Below are positions 33,300 to 47,691 of a DNA stretch of 64,000 nt, in pieces; the first letter of the stretch is position 1; every line of letters begins with the position of its first letter. This stretch comes from Lingula anatina (taxonomy: Eukaryota > Animalia > Brachiopoda), in assembly GCA_051362555.1 (NCBI GenBank), contig CM120644.1, positions 11,616,567 through 11,680,566 of the forward strand. Direction: 5' to 3'. A program made the translations under genes and the position numbers. A model generated the notes under the pieces. That model did not search any database. It was given only the letters and a program-made list of their open reading frames with translations, and was not told the origin of the DNA.

Positions 33300-34235
33300 A
33301 GCGTAGGGTTAGTAAAAAATGATAAAAACCGACGATCCCTTAATTAGGCCTTACAGCAAAACTAATGACATATGATTGAACGGATTTTTTTATAAGGGGG
33401 GGGGGGGGGGGTCAAAAGTCTTTAAAATGAATAAAATCCCCAAAACAACAGACCTACGCGTGCCCCACGTTGATCAGTGACCATAAAGATTTTCCTTCTT
33501 TCTTCTTCTTTTTTTGCTTGCTTATATTAATTAATTAATTTATTTATTTATAAAAATAACGAAATGTTGCATTTTGCAATTTGGAAACATACCATGATTT
33601 GTATATAACCAAATGTGAAGACCATTTTAAAGTCGTTCACCAGCTTTCCCAGGACTACTCGTTTCACATAACACAAAAATAGACCATTTTCAATCGTTTA
33701 CTATAACAGGTGCCCCGCTGGAGGGTTGAAAACCTCCATGTCACCAGTTTCCATTAATTACAACAATTTACATAGGCTAACGGCGTTTAGAAGCATTTGT
33801 ACAAAATACCAATACTCTCAGTGAATCGTCTGAACACTCTGAAACCACATGTGAGAAGATATATAGGTCTATGCATTCCCACGAGCAAAAACACGTGTCT
33901 TTTTAAAGACACTGCATTTTAAAATAGAAGTAGACGTATAAATTATTCCGTGGAAGTATGTCTAGCACGAGCTTTAGTTAACACTTAAAGAATTTGAACC
34001 ATGATCGATGGCGTATGTTCGGACTTGTCGGTTTTTGTTGAAAAGAATGGCCCTTCATTACAATCAGTTTCTCTTTCAGCCCTCACTCCTAGAACAAAGT
34101 CCATAAAATACTTGTTTCATGTAAGTCACTTAATTTGGTGACGTCACTGAACAATGGACACTTTAGTGTGGAAGCAAGGAGTTATAACTCCTTGGTGGAA
34201 GGCTGCCAAAAAGTTAGGGCATTTAATACATCTAA

Positions 34236-34464
34236 GGCTGTATTCCCAGAGACTTAGATCGATCCAGAGATTTAGATTTAGATCGACCTAACTCCCTGGG
34301 TGTTCACGCTAAATTGCAGTCAGCCGAGCGCGCACCATAGATAATTACCCCCTTACAGCTTTCAGTAGGCGGGACAGACGCTTAAGCCTGCTAAGCTGAC
34401 AGCAATCTAGTGAGACTCCCCACAGGGATAGATCGATCGATCTAAAATCTATGGAAATGGGGTC
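34236..34464 (-). mobile_element. MITE family A, full copy
   Basis: Close reverse complement of 9795-10019; TAA/TTA flanks. Confidence 0.85.
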
Positions 34465-34980
34465 TTAAGCTGGGCCATATATCTGTCTTATGGGCGCATT
34501 CGGGATGAAGAAAACCAAGATATGTACGGTTGTAGTTGCTCCGTGCCCGTATTGTTTTCACTGTACTTTCTGTCGTTACAAGCGAAGACAAAAAACAAAC
34601 GAACAAGTGATGTCAAAACTCACCTATCATTTAGCCTCATTGATATTATACAATTACTGATTTGGACGAGGTCAGTGTGTTCTTTGGCTGACATAGAAAA
34701 TGACCGAGGCGCAGACTTTTTCTGCCAGGAGGTCATGGGACAACACAACTTTCCGTTGACATAAGTCGTCACGCGTGTAAGGTTGATTGCGGCATCATAA
34801 AACAATGGGGCAGGGGTGACAAATTTAAAGGTAGACGTGACCTTTTTTTTATGACGTCAGGGAGGTTCACGAGAAGTTTTATCACACAGCAAATCTCCAG
34901 TTATGATATCGTATCATATGCCAATTACGTAATAAATATTGACCTATGCTTCTTTAGCATTCACCTACTGTATGTAACAT

Positions 34981-35154
34981 GGGGGCGTCTCGATAGTCCG
35001 AAGGTTCATTAGTCCGAAGGTTCATTGGTCCGAAAAGTGGTAACATTTTTATCGATTTTTTAATCAAGGGTTCATTGGTCCGAAGGTTCTATAGTGAACA
35101 TTCGGACCAATGAACCTTCGGACTATTGAACCTTCGGACTATCGCTACGGCCCC
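34981..35154. mobile_element. MITE with TIRs built from 15-bp subrepeats; 8-bp TSD (Merlin/MULE-like, superfamily uncertain)
   Basis: GGGG...(tagtccgaaggttca)n ... (tgaaccttcggacta)n...CCCC; TGTAACAT at 34973-34980 and 35155-35162. Confidence 0.85.
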
Positions 35155-35837
35155 TGTAACATTTTAACTAATGCTTTATAGGCCTAACACATGCACAATG
35201 CCATATGTCTAAGCTAAAAGAAAAAAAACATGGTGTTACGTTAAGCATTTTGTTACAGATGTCGATTTGGAGTTATGCGACAGATAATGACAACAGTTCT
35301 CCATTTTGGAATCAAAATCACATAGATTTACGTATCAAAGCAGACGAAAAAAGAAATGTTGTGTGCTCAGTTACTTTTTTTTCAATGTTTTTTGGGCGTA
35401 TAAATGTATATATGCTATTAAGCTAAGTACGAGGAAGTATTTATGCTCAGGTAAGAAGCCGTTAAAAACGTAACAACATGTTATAACAGTCGACTGTGAG
35501 TGTCACTACAGAAATTGGATGAAAAAGAACACCTTTTTGTCTCTTTCTGTAGTTGCATTGTTACATTTGTTCAAAGGATTTCGCATAAAATCTTACAATA
35601 GCATTTGTACCAATTTTATGGACTTTGAAATTAACACCCAACTTCTAAACGGTACCGCATTCTGTTCTCTTTATGTCGCCGCCATTTCGGAGAGATAAAA
35701 TGGCGTATTTAGTAATGTTATATCAAACTCTTGGCTGAACCTTATTTCCGTTTTATCTGACTTTATCTGTTTGTATATGTTACTGTTGAAACCTCTGATC
35801 ACGACGCGGAACAGCGTTGTCGTCTGCGCAAAAAACA

Positions 35838-35961
35838 ATGGCGGCGGACTTGGCCAGAGCCCCATCTCTCCAAATCGTCTGCGCTCACAACTTGAAGAAC
35901 GCGCGGTCAGCGGGGAAAAAATCCGAGGACAAGGTAAAGGAGGTCTCTGTCTGTATGAAAG
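35838..35961 (+). CDS. Candidate first coding exon of an unidentified gene
   Basis: aaaacaATGGCGGCG start context, CpG-rich surroundings, MAADLARAPSLQIVCAHNLKNARSAGKKSEDKVKEVSVCMK, strong donor AAG|gtaagc (phase 1). Downstream partner exon not identified. Confidence 0.45.
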
Positions 35962-37522
35962 GTAAGCACGGGGACTTCAACGGTGTCATAATCGACTGGG
36001 CTTTGCCCTAACACTCACAACGTTACGTGACAGAATGCATGCGTTCAATCGTCTGTCAGCCATGTGTGCCCCCCTCCCGCTCTTTGCGCAGTGCTTGGCC
36101 TACGTGTACCTGCTGCCTGTTTGACATTCAGATCGACAGCCTGTGACACGGAGCGTTGAACGCACCAACTCGAGTAAACGTTATTTCTTTTTAATTACCT
36201 TTTTTTACTGAAGCGTGTTGCATTCATCCGTATTTCATTATTATAGCGCCTTTAATCTCGCATTTTCATATTTATTCATTAAGCTTTGGATTAAAAAGGG
36301 GAAGACCGTTGCGTTTAGAGAGGGAGATTCGAGAACGCTTGCCTGCCGTTATCTCACGCGTGATCCCGCCCTCTCTCTCTATCCAGCCTTAACATCAAAG
36401 GGAATGGCGTCACGGACGTGTAGACAGAGGAGCCGGTCTTCAGACTCCTTTATTCCTTGTTTAGTTTTATTTTTCTGGGTTCTCTTGATCATCACCGAAA
36501 GCTAATTAAAAGTAACCATTGCGCATGCGTAGCAAAATGGAATCGGTATCAGAAGAAGCCGACTTCATGATTTAAATTAAAGTTATAAAACTCTTTCAAA
36601 ATAACGGTATGTTTGACGTATGAAGTTTTTTTTCCTTTAATGCATAATTTTTTGTCGTAATGGAATATGGGATTAGAAGTAGATTTTTTCACGTCTAAAT
36701 ATTTATCCTATGACCTCTCTAAAAATAGAAATAATAAACTACTATATGTACAACCTTGAACAATAACAGCAACAGGCCCTTGTCTCTAATTCAGGAAAAA
36801 CAACTGTAGATAAATCAAAACAAAACAATTTCAAATTAACTCAAATTTTAACCTCATCTTTCAGTTAAGTACTTCACACTATCTTACAAAATACGGCTGG
36901 AGAAAGCAGTCAGAAGATAATGTGCAAGTGCTTTCTGGCTACTTGGTGACACTGAAACCCTTCAATGGAAAAACTTCTGAAGAACAACGAACAATTCGAA
37001 ATTTGTATCGCCTTAATATTCCCTGCGGCGCCGGTGAAGAATGAAAGACAGGGACATTAATACCTTCCCTTTTCACTCTTGTAATTACTTATGATCAAAA
37101 TGAAAAGAAAGTCATTAAATCACACGATCCGTGGAAAATACGAAAAATTAAGGTAAAAAAATCACTTTTTACAGCACTGACAAGAATGCTTTGAAGGCAC
37201 AGCTCTCTACCAAGTATTATATCTTCATTGATATCTGCTAATTTTTTTAATAAATTAAATATTAAGAGGAGCTTACCTTTGGGTATATTAGAATGGTGTT
37301 CTTTTTCACTGGCGGTATATCGCCTTTCATTCAATGCGGACAAAAATGATTTAGATCGTTTTTGTTTGATTAAATTTAATTTAACTACGTCAGTATCTCC
37401 CTTTTTATTCACAATCACTCGAGATGTTAGACTTTTTAAAATTATATAACAGCAAAATTTTTTTTTACTATAGCCATTGTCTTCACTTATGTTATGTTAT
37501 GTTAAGTTATGTTATGTTATGT

Positions 37523-37557
<35 letters not shown>

Positions 37558-39437
37558 TTGATACACCAGACGAAAGTGAAAGACCAAAAAAAAAAAATCT
37601 ACCAAATTGTCCGCCAGTTTCATGGTCGCATGGGTGTCACTACGTCTCCCCACCGTTAATGTGGTCTTTACGTAACACCGGAAGGCGTCGAGCACGGTGT
37701 CCATCCCGGCTGAAACTGAGAGCTGATATACGTGCCAGATAGAATCACAACTAGCCGTTTGAAATGTGAGCTCCAAGACAATTTGATCCTCTGAGCAAAC
37801 AGACCCGCCTTGATAACTCACGCGCAAGCTCGTGGACTCGTGATAAATTCCATTCTTGAAACGTGTAAAAATCCTTTTGAAACCTGCGCTGGTGAATTGA
37901 GGGTCTATTCCATTCTTCCCCGATGTCTTTCCGTCTCTCTCTCTCTCTCTCTCAACAATGATAATTCTTACTGTCCATGTTGTTATGTTGTTTGCCATTC
38001 TTCATCTTCGTTTATGGACATTTTAAACTAAATGTTGTGCGCTGCTACTTTCTGAAATATATCGCTTACTTTGATATAAGCTGTTCTTGGATTATAAAAA
38101 AACCTCTGAAATGCGAGAAAGTTAACTTTAATTTGTTCGTGTCAATCCGTTGAAAAAACAAGCCAAATTTAATCAGTGATTGCACAAAATACACAGGATT
38201 TCAAAGCGTTTTTGCATAACGACCTGCGTCTCCCGCGTGGCTTCAATTATTCTGTCGACTCACATCATTGGACAAAAATAAAAGGAAAAAAATCATTAAT
38301 TCGCCACATAACTTGGATTTCGTTTGCTTTCAAATAATTTCTTTGTATATCAGCAATTTCCGACTGTACTAATTCGTGAATAGGGCACTGTTTTTTATTA
38401 TTTGCGTATGAATAGCGCTTCGTCATCCGTCGACTAAATTGTGTGATTTAAAATCATCAGACGGAAATTTTACTCGGCCAGCGCGTCTCACAACTGCGTT
38501 GTCACGTTACGTTATAGTGACGTCACTTTAGGAATTTAGTTCTTCGAGAGACCTTGTGTGTAATACTCTTTCGATTGCTCCATTTCTTAAAATTTACCGC
38601 ATTTCATACAATTACGGTGAATTGGAAAAATGTCATCCTGAGTTAAAAGTGGGGACAGACCTCTTTCAGCTTCTTTCGCCGAGTGGGGCGTGCTGGGACG
38701 GCAGGCACGGGAAGGGGAAACTCGCTGCTCTTAAATTGAGAGTTTGAAAACGGGCCACAACACCTAGACTGGCCATAGGGGATGGAAATGGAGTTTCATA
38801 ACTGTCTCACCGTCTTCACTTAACAGCCTACGCTTCACTTGCGTCCTAATATAAATTTAACCAAAATTTAGATTGACGTTTTGTAAACAAAATCAAGCGA
38901 CAATAAAGACTGTGGCTCTCCTAAAACTGGCACATGCAAACAACAGATACTGGCTGCAACACTCTGCAAAACACCAACAAAGATTGCGTCCTTCGTTAAC
39001 CGTTTGAATGGACGCGCAAACCAATCAATTTTTGATTCGTTAATCAAAGGTTTGCTGTACCCATGGCTATCCGCCCGTCGGTCATCCTTTGTGCCAACTT
39101 CCGGTTTTTGTTTTGGAAGAAATCGGGTGTAAATATCGGGCCGTAGAATATAACTATAAATAGTGACCCGTATTGTGGGAGGTGTGTCATCAGGCTACAA
39201 TGTATAACAAACAACCCCTGGTCCGATCACACCTCAACGCACATACTGATTCCCTTCTGACATTGGTGTATTATTTGGTGCCTCATAACATCACCAACCA
39301 AATGGCTCTCCACAGAATGGTGGTCTGTTTTCAGTACTGCAAACTGTGGCAAACAGACGTCCCCTCTCTTCGACAAGGCTGTTTGTGTCATAAGGTAAAC
39401 GTGAATGTTACGATTCATCCAGTTGTGTTTTAACTTA

Positions 39438-39663
39438 GACTGGGTTCCCACAGATTTAGATCGATCCATCTGGATCGACCTAACTCCCTGGGGGTTCACG
39501 CTAAACTGCTGTCGGCTTCTGGGAGCCGAGCGCGCACAAAAGTTAATTACCCCCTTACAGCTTTTAGTAGGCGGGACAGACATTTAAGCCGGTTAAACTG
39601 ACAACAATCTAGTGAGACTCTCTAGGGGAATAGATCGATCTAAATATCTGTGGGAATGGTCTC
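39438..39663 (-). mobile_element. MITE family A, full copy
   Basis: TTA TSD, family TIRs and internal sequence. Confidence 0.85.
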
Positions 39664-39708
39664 TTAAGTACAGAAAAAATCTCTGCGTAAGTAGTACCTG
39701 ATTAGTAA

Positions 39709-39936
39709 GACTGCGTTCCAAAAAATCCATCACAACCGCTGGATCGATCTTACTCTGTGGGGCCTCTTGCTTTTAAGTGCTTTCAGTGTAATCAGCTTAA
39801 TTGTCTGGCACGCCACTTTCAGTAAATAGGGGGTAATTGACTATCGTAGGCCTTTCAGCCGCTTACACTGAATGCAATTTTAGTGAGAATTCCCACACAG
39901 TTAGATCGATCCAGCTAGTACGATGGGAACGCTCCC
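39709..39936. mobile_element. Distant relative of MITE family A
   Basis: TAA TSD; termini gactgcgttcc / ggaacgctccc; internal ggatcgatct and ggggtaatt motifs; same length class. Confidence 0.6.
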
Positions 39937-40762
39937 TAAGATCCAATATCAGGTCCAATGTTTTCGCTACGTATACTTCAGTTAAACGTTACTAGTTATC
40001 ACATCGTCTACCTGGATTATTCGTTTGGCAATCAATGGAGAGAGAGAGAGAGCAGTTGCACTAAAGATAAACGTCGTGAATATCTTTTTCAATACAAATA
40101 AGAGAGGCAAACGCTTCTGCCATGACACTGGCATTCCAGTGTTCCCGACACGGCGGTAGACACACTTGACTTCTCTTTGTTCGCGTCACGACCTCTTAGC
40201 CCTCTCACCGAGATGACGAACTGGCACGTGCACTTATGCCATCTTAAACAAAACGCGTTCCGTTTTACGTTCTTCTACATTAGGTTACCGTTTTTAAAAT
40301 ACTTTGATGACGATATCACCCCGATATTTCACAGACGCTGGTGATTTGATATTTCTATTTTCATGATATTTTTCGTGGATCTGACTGGTTGTAGCAGAGA
40401 ACATATGTTAAATAAAAAAGATTTATGTATAAAAACGAAGTGAACTGAAACTGTTCTGAATACAAGCGGCACGAGCACAGTCGGAAAAAGGTCATCCGTT
40501 GTGTGGATTGTGCGGCATGTAGATAAAAATATCTTATCTTTTACGTTACGGAATTCTGACTTTTGTAGATACTTCTCATGAGACCTCTTACGTTTTTTCT
40601 CTGTTTTGAAAGATCTATAATTCCCCTCTCTCACGTTTTCATGAACTTTGTATTAAAATTTCCTTTTACACGGCAAGTAATCTCAAATTCAAAACGTTTT
40701 CATGTCTTAAAAGGCAGCATATTTCTTCTATAGTTTGTTTACAATACTTAGCCCCCCCCCCC

Positions 40763-40794
<32 letters not shown>

Positions 40795-43700
40795 ATACCA
40801 ACGCACGTAGACTTTTGCTACACTCTCGGGTGGACATTTTCGATTCTTCTGAATACATTATGAATGATTGTTTCAAAGAAGCAAATGAAGCTTTATCTAA
40901 TGGTTTAGCAAAATTCAGTTAATGGCATTTTTAAATTTATATAAAAATGCATCATAACGTTTGGTTACGATTTCATTAATTCAACAACTTTGGGGATTAA
41001 TGTATAAAATATGAGATAAATGAGAGGAGAAGCGCAACGAAATGGAATAAAGAAGTATTTTTAAAAAAACATTACAGAGTTTGTAGTTTTCCCTCTCCCG
41101 TTCATGCAATGAAAAGGGGCTCAAAATCGAAGATTTACCTAGAGTAGAGGCAGGTAAATAACTGTACAAATTGATCGCCGGTTATGTCGACCAAGAGGTC
41201 CTACTTTTCGTCGCTTATAAATTTAACTTGTGGCTGTCTAATGACGTCATATGTAGACTGAAATCTCTTTTAGGCCTTGGTTCTAGGTTAAAACCGGTAA
41301 GAAGAAGACGCTATGTGACTGAGAGACTCTTGAGTAACAATTTAATTTATTATTAAATGGAAACCGTTCGGTCACTGTGCATCACAGTGACACTCCTTTC
41401 AACTGTTCGTAAGGCAGAACGAAGGTTCAGTCACACCTAGCGCAAAGAAGTACATATATACATGAGTATCGTATGTGACAGCTATTATACGTACAGCTTT
41501 GAGCTCATGAAATCACCATATTCCAGCGTATGAAAATTACCACATAAAGCAGCGTGGGGAATTGTTTTGGAACGTGCTCAAAACATTGTAGGCCTATCCC
41601 CCTCCGCGTAAGAGAAGGTACACCTGCGTACTCGAGACGTATACGACGTAAGTCTAAGGAGCCCCTTACGTTTGTCTGCGTAAGGGCAATTCTTCTCATG
41701 CGTTACTGCTTTACGCTAGATGTGACAGTGCCTTTATCAACCGAGCGGTCCCCCGCACACCGCTGACGGTAAATTCTTGGGTGATCAATTTGGTCGTTTA
41801 GTGACGTATTTTTGGCCTGAAACGGTTTCAGTAAAATTTCCTACTTTGAACGCAACTGATTACCTCTGCACTCTCCTAACCTCATAGACATAATAAAGGA
41901 GAATGATTTATAGGGAACAAAATGAACTACAATAGAATAACAGATTAATGAGTTCATATTTTATGACTGTTTTGCCATGCACGTGTTTGATTATGTAATA
42001 TTAGCGGGAAACCAGTAATTGGCATATTTAATAATGGCGAAATGCCGGGTTTAAAGACCGTTTGTCTGATTGATCGCCAGGTAGTTTATAGAGACCAGCA
42101 TCGGGAAATAATGCACGAGATATTGTTTGTTTGTTCAATCGTTCGATCTCTCTTTTTACCGCAAGTCCATGAGTAATTAATTTATTGATTAAGTTATGTT
42201 TATTTATCTTTTCACTTATTGTTCGTTTACTTATTATCTTTTTACCTATCTGTTAGTTATCGTTATCGATCACACCATGCGGTTGTGAAAACGCAATATT
42301 TGTTTGTCGGATTGGGGTGTCGAGCCTACTATAGAGCCTATACAGCAGGTTAGTGAAAACGGTGCAATCTGGACGTTGTACCAGTAATTACACCGATCGC
42401 AGATAAATCGTTCTTTCCTTTTGGCAAGGAGACAAGATTTAATTCCACCATTTTGATCTGGAAACGCCCCGTCCCACCCTCTTCCAGCCATCATCAGATG
42501 AGGTTAATTAGCAGGTGTGACACGTTGGAATAGTTCCCCGACAATATCGACATGTCAAATTAGCGACTATATTTTCCAGTCGATATTTTTACCTACAAAA
42601 ATAATGTGTAAACATGCGTCCAACTTACGGACCTTAACCCCCATGCCTTTCATTTCCGTATTGCAAAAACATTATAGTAAATAACGATTGATGTTAAACT
42701 GACGTTCTTTGAAGAACAAAATAATAAAAGCATCATAAACAGTCTTAGAAAACGATTGGGCTCAGATTTCTTTCTCCTATGATTACTGTACCGAGATGTT
42801 AAATCGATGTATAATTAAGTTAATTAAGTAACCCCAGTAAATATTGTGCAATTGGTATTCGATAATCTGATAATTATATTAATGATTGATGAAATTATAA
42901 CTGATATCCAATTGATATTGCATTCTAATTAACTGCTGGTGACTGGGACTGTTTTGTTCTGGCTAGAATAAAGCATGGAACTCGACCAACAGGGAAAACC
43001 AAAATCTTTGAAGCTCTCCTGGACCCTGTGCAGTCCCACACAAATCCATGGGAGGGCTAATGCTTTTTAGTTTAACACGAGTAATAACAAATTATGACTC
43101 AAAACTAGTGAAAAAAATATGATCGATGTTGAAGTAGAATCTTTTATAAAAAGAGCATGGCAACGGATCGCAACAAACACCGGGCGTTTCTATTTTTTGC
43201 AAATCATTAGGAAGCGGTTTTCACCTGTCTCGACAATCAGTATCTTCGTCGCTCCCTTTTTTTCTTCGATTTCTAATAAACGATTCTCTTTAGACGCCCA
43301 TAATTATTAAAGAGTTCCTGACATAGCGCTAAATGGCTTTTTACAACACCCACGACACGCAGAGAACTATTTTTCCACTTCCGCTGCAGACGTCTCTGAT
43401 CGTTGGCTAAATTCACAGAATTTTAATGAATAGAAAACACAATGGATGGATTTGTAAAGGTGTGGCTTTCTATGATATTTTATTTAACAACGGTCATTAA
43501 AGAATCCCACGACGCAGACTGTCTACCTCTTATAACAGGTAAAACTGTTTTAAAGATCTACTCGGAAATACTGCATTTCACTGAGTAATCCTTGCTTTTT
43601 CGAAACTTTTTTTATTTATCCGAAGCACGGGGATAATTGCAGAGAAATTGCACGTCATGAAGAAAAATGACAAATCATTTGTATGAATACGCCCACGCGT

Positions 43701-46700
43701 CTCCCGGTAAGACACTTAGCTGGTGAAATAACTATGATAACCATGCCAATTTTAAAAGATATTTCACCCCACAGCAACTGGTGTAGATTAATATTAATGG
43801 AGTCGTTATCCCGTCAGCGGTAATATGTGACGAAATAACAAGTTGTTTTCCCTAAATGGCAGGAAAGTGATTCAGTCTTAGAATATCTCGCGGCTTGTGA
43901 AACCCGTCCACAAACCCCCTCAAACACTCGTATGTGTTGAAGCAAACCGGATTATCATTAGTCAATTAACCAATGTCCATCAATCTTTTTCTATTTTCCG
44001 GAAGTTTTACAAGCTCAGTGCGCCATTTACTCGATGCCAAATTTGGTTCAGTTCAGGGTGAACCTGGTTCACTATATTCCAACGGTGACAACTTTAGAAG
44101 ACTTTAGAAGGTTAGAGAAATTACAAATTAGAATTCTAACAGCTAGTTGCTGCTTATATAGGATAGGTAGTTGTACTTTGTAGATACAGCTACATTGCAT
44201 TCTGTGTCAGTGCAAATTTTCATCAATTTCAAAATTCCATCCAAGACCGAACTTTACAATCATACCTGAGTAAAAAGTTGGACACAGTCATGAATCTTTT
44301 GACAAAAATTGAACTACTGTAATCCAAAAGGAATGCTGCATAGTTCCATAAAATAAAGCAAGTAGCGATAGCATTACTCATTCTTTTATCATTATTATTT
44401 AAAGGGCCAATTTGTTTTTCGTTTGACTACCACTAATATATCCATGGACAAAGTAGACTAGACCCTTTGGTCTAAAAGCTAAAACTAAATCACATTTTCC
44501 CTTTTTTAGGTAGGTAATTCGTCTCCTTCAATAAAATTCGCCTTTCATCTCATGAAATTAACTGGAAAATAGAATTTGGCCTTAAATTGCTGAAAGTTTT
44601 TTTTTTTTTTTTTTTTTTGGGGGGGGGGGGGGTGGTTGCGCTGTTTAGTCGATGCTTAATTCTTATTTAAACCGCATTCCTGTCCTCGAATCAGGGAGGT
44701 TTGCGCAATAGTAAGCCTGGTGTTTGAAAAAAGCAAGCAAACAAGATTAAATGGGATAAAAATAGTGGAAACTGAAATATGTACGCGGTAAATTTCGATC
44801 TAAAAGTGCGTGCATATGCGAATTTGAAACGAAATCGTATCTGCAAAATAAATCCTTATTATTTTCGAACCGGGCTCGTAGGAGAGTCCTCACCAACTAT
44901 ACACCAGGGATTTGTACGCAGCTCGCTTTAAGCCAGAAGTGCGAATCACTTCACATAGCGGTGACAAATAGAAGCGGACTGTTGCGTCGGCGTTGTCCTT
45001 CGCGGTCACGCTACAGCTACAAGACAAAATACCTAGAAACACCTGGGTTTAACAGTATAATCCTCTTTTCAATCACACCATTGCACTTCCTTGACCCCTT
45101 CCAACCCTTCTTCACTAAAGTGGAGAGGTTTTTCATTTCAATAAAGAAAGCAGACGATCAAAGGATCAAGACAATTCCGCGGCTGCAGAGTGTATCAGGC
45201 GCGTGCTACCCCGTTTCCAAGGCGTTCGAGATGAATCGCGAAAAAATCACTCTTTACTGACTATCAAGTCCTTCACACTCATACAGTTTCCGGTTGCTGA
45301 AAAGAAAACTTCAAAAGGACCGACTCTGGCCTGTCTTAAGGTAAAACAATTCTTTTCACACCTACTTGGGTGTTTCATTTGACTTTAAGTGGTCTGACTG
45401 TTTGGCGTGTCGCGAGTTCAGAGACGCGTTTTTAACACTAATGCTTTATCAGCTGCGTTTAAATGAAGGCGGTAAAGGTTTGGTCTAATTGATGATGATT
45501 AGGTAATTCCACTCGAAATTTGTAAATTCACGCTATTTAGCGATTAACTCTCGCCAAACTGCTACAACAAAACAAAAACGCCAACAGTCAACTGCAGAGT
45601 AATCCATAATCCCCCCCGCTACCTGAACATGGAAGGCACTCGGAGGTGCCAGACGGCGGTTTCTAAGAAATTTTGCAGAAATTTCCGACAGAATCAGACT
45701 CGAGTTTGGCGGTTCTTTTGCAGCGGAGGATGGATTATTATCTTTTTGTGGGACTGTCTTAGGTTGAAAACGCGGAAACGCACTGGATATGAACCTTTAT
45801 CAAGTGCATTATTGACAAACACATAGTTTTGTAAAGGAGAAGTACAAGTGAGAGAGACTTATATTTTTGTCAAATATGCTTTTTATTTTCCAAGAGACAG
45901 CATAGCTGAAGATCGTCAAAATAATTTAATTATTAACTACGTTCTAAATCATGAATACCCTTTTCTGACAGTTCCATTGTTGATCTTTTATTCATGTCTT
46001 CCCTGTCTTCTTTTAAAGAAATTATTCATTTATTCATTCGTTTTCTATTGAAGACTAAATTTGTTTACCTCAAGCCGCTATCAAAATGCTGGTTCGGTAG
46101 AGCGTTCGCAAATAACAATTTGACGCGGTTACAAAGTCACTTTTTCCTTCATTAATCTTAATCGTTTCCCCACTTAATAATTGCGCAATTATAAATTTTA
46201 ATTTAACGACCATATTGAAGATGTGTTCGCGGTTTTTTATGACAAAACGGTATACAGCTCGCAGATGTTTGCCCGACTATGACATATGGGCGCCGCGGCT
46301 CGACTTCTCTGTGAAGACACGGGGTTGGAAGTTGAGCAGTAAAGTGGTTCACCAGCCAGCCTTTCACATACCACATAAATTAATATTTCCACGTACAATG
46401 TAAATTTCTAGCATTGTTTTTATCGCCCCACACACCGAGTTGAAACAGCCTGCCGTGTGTGGGTTGTCACAGAGCCGCTGTATGCTGAAAAATAGGGAGA
46501 GAGTCAGCGTCCGTAAGAAAACGGAAAGGGGAAATATTGGAATATAATTTTGCCTTTCTGAGGGGGCGTTTGTTCAACTAACAATAATAAGAGACTGGTG
46601 GATTTGTCCTGCGAGACACGACTAAACGTCCCGCATGAGACGGCGGCGCTTCAAACCACAGCCGTTTCAAAGGCACTTTTTATTTAACAATTGAAGCAAT

Positions 46701-47239
46701 TTGTTAATAGGCCTAAATTGCTCGCTATCTGAGCCCGTAATCTCTCATCTGACAGCCGTCACGTTAACCGCGACACCTCTTTACCAGCGGTCGGAAGTTG
46801 GAGGCAGACGACCTCTAAAGGTAAATTTCATTCATCTTCCGCCTAAGATTATGGAAGAAATTTGATAATATCACCTGGCCTATGTTGCTCCTTAATCTAT
46901 TTCGTTTCCAAACCCACCCTTTTACTGAACACTGATTGAACAACAGCACATCACAAGTCCCCTGTCGTCTGCTGAAACTGATGACGTCACCCACCATTCA
47001 CACCTGTAGAATCGCGTAATCAATGAAAACTCTCGCCGAACGTGTCGAATGTAATCGCGTTATAAGGCAGCCTTTCAATCGGAATCAAGGCAAAAGCACA
47101 GCTTGGCCCGATTATATTAAAGGGTATATCTATCTCGGCAGAGCGCCTATCTTCAAAGACGGCACCGGTGCTGTTGGCAGCGGTCAGAAGAGGTGTAGAA
47201 CGTTACCCGTAATTACAAGTCCGTGGCACCATCTAATGC

Positions 47240-47420
47240 AGGCCCCAATCACCGGCTGAGCCAATCAGGAGGACGCTTAAAGAACCTGTGTATTTTTTAC
47301 CCAATAAATAGGAAGCATGGACTCGTACCGGGATACGTTGTTGGAGCTCCAATGCTTATGTCCTAGGGCCGGCGGCGTCCTTTGATCTCCTCACACCGCG
47401 CCATTTAAATACAAATCCTT
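47240..47420 (+). promoter_or_regulatory. Probable promoter of the secreted-protein gene: CCAAT boxes, TCF/LEF site with adjacent GC-rich Helper-like motif, TATA-like element
   Basis: CCAAT at ~47245, 47261, 47302; GGCGGCGT-CCTTTGATCT at 47371-47388; ATTTAAATA at 47403. Confidence 0.55.
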
Positions 47421-47691
47421 GCTATGCGAAACGTGATTGCTTGCCATGAGTCCGCAGTGCTGTACTTAGCTGTCGGAGAACAACATTATATCTAGCTCGG
47501 TTCTCATTTATTTCTTTTCATTCCATACAGGGACAAGTCTAGAAAGAGCACGGTCGGGGCTAGTTAACTGTGAACCAACGACAGGCAACAAAGTGCTGCT
47601 AAAACTTAAAGACTGCGGTAGTAAAGGCACGGAGATAGGCAGCGTCGCATTGGGTGGACTTAAACTGCGACTCAAGCTGATACACCGAGCC

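Noticed and set aside
37613-37812. GC-richer block that might be a tRNA-derived SINE on the minus strand
   Set aside because: A and B boxes too degenerate and no second copy in the window; cannot support.
39173-39587. ORFs of 60-118 aa
   Set aside because: Partly overlap a non-coding MITE; no recognisable domain or splice structure.
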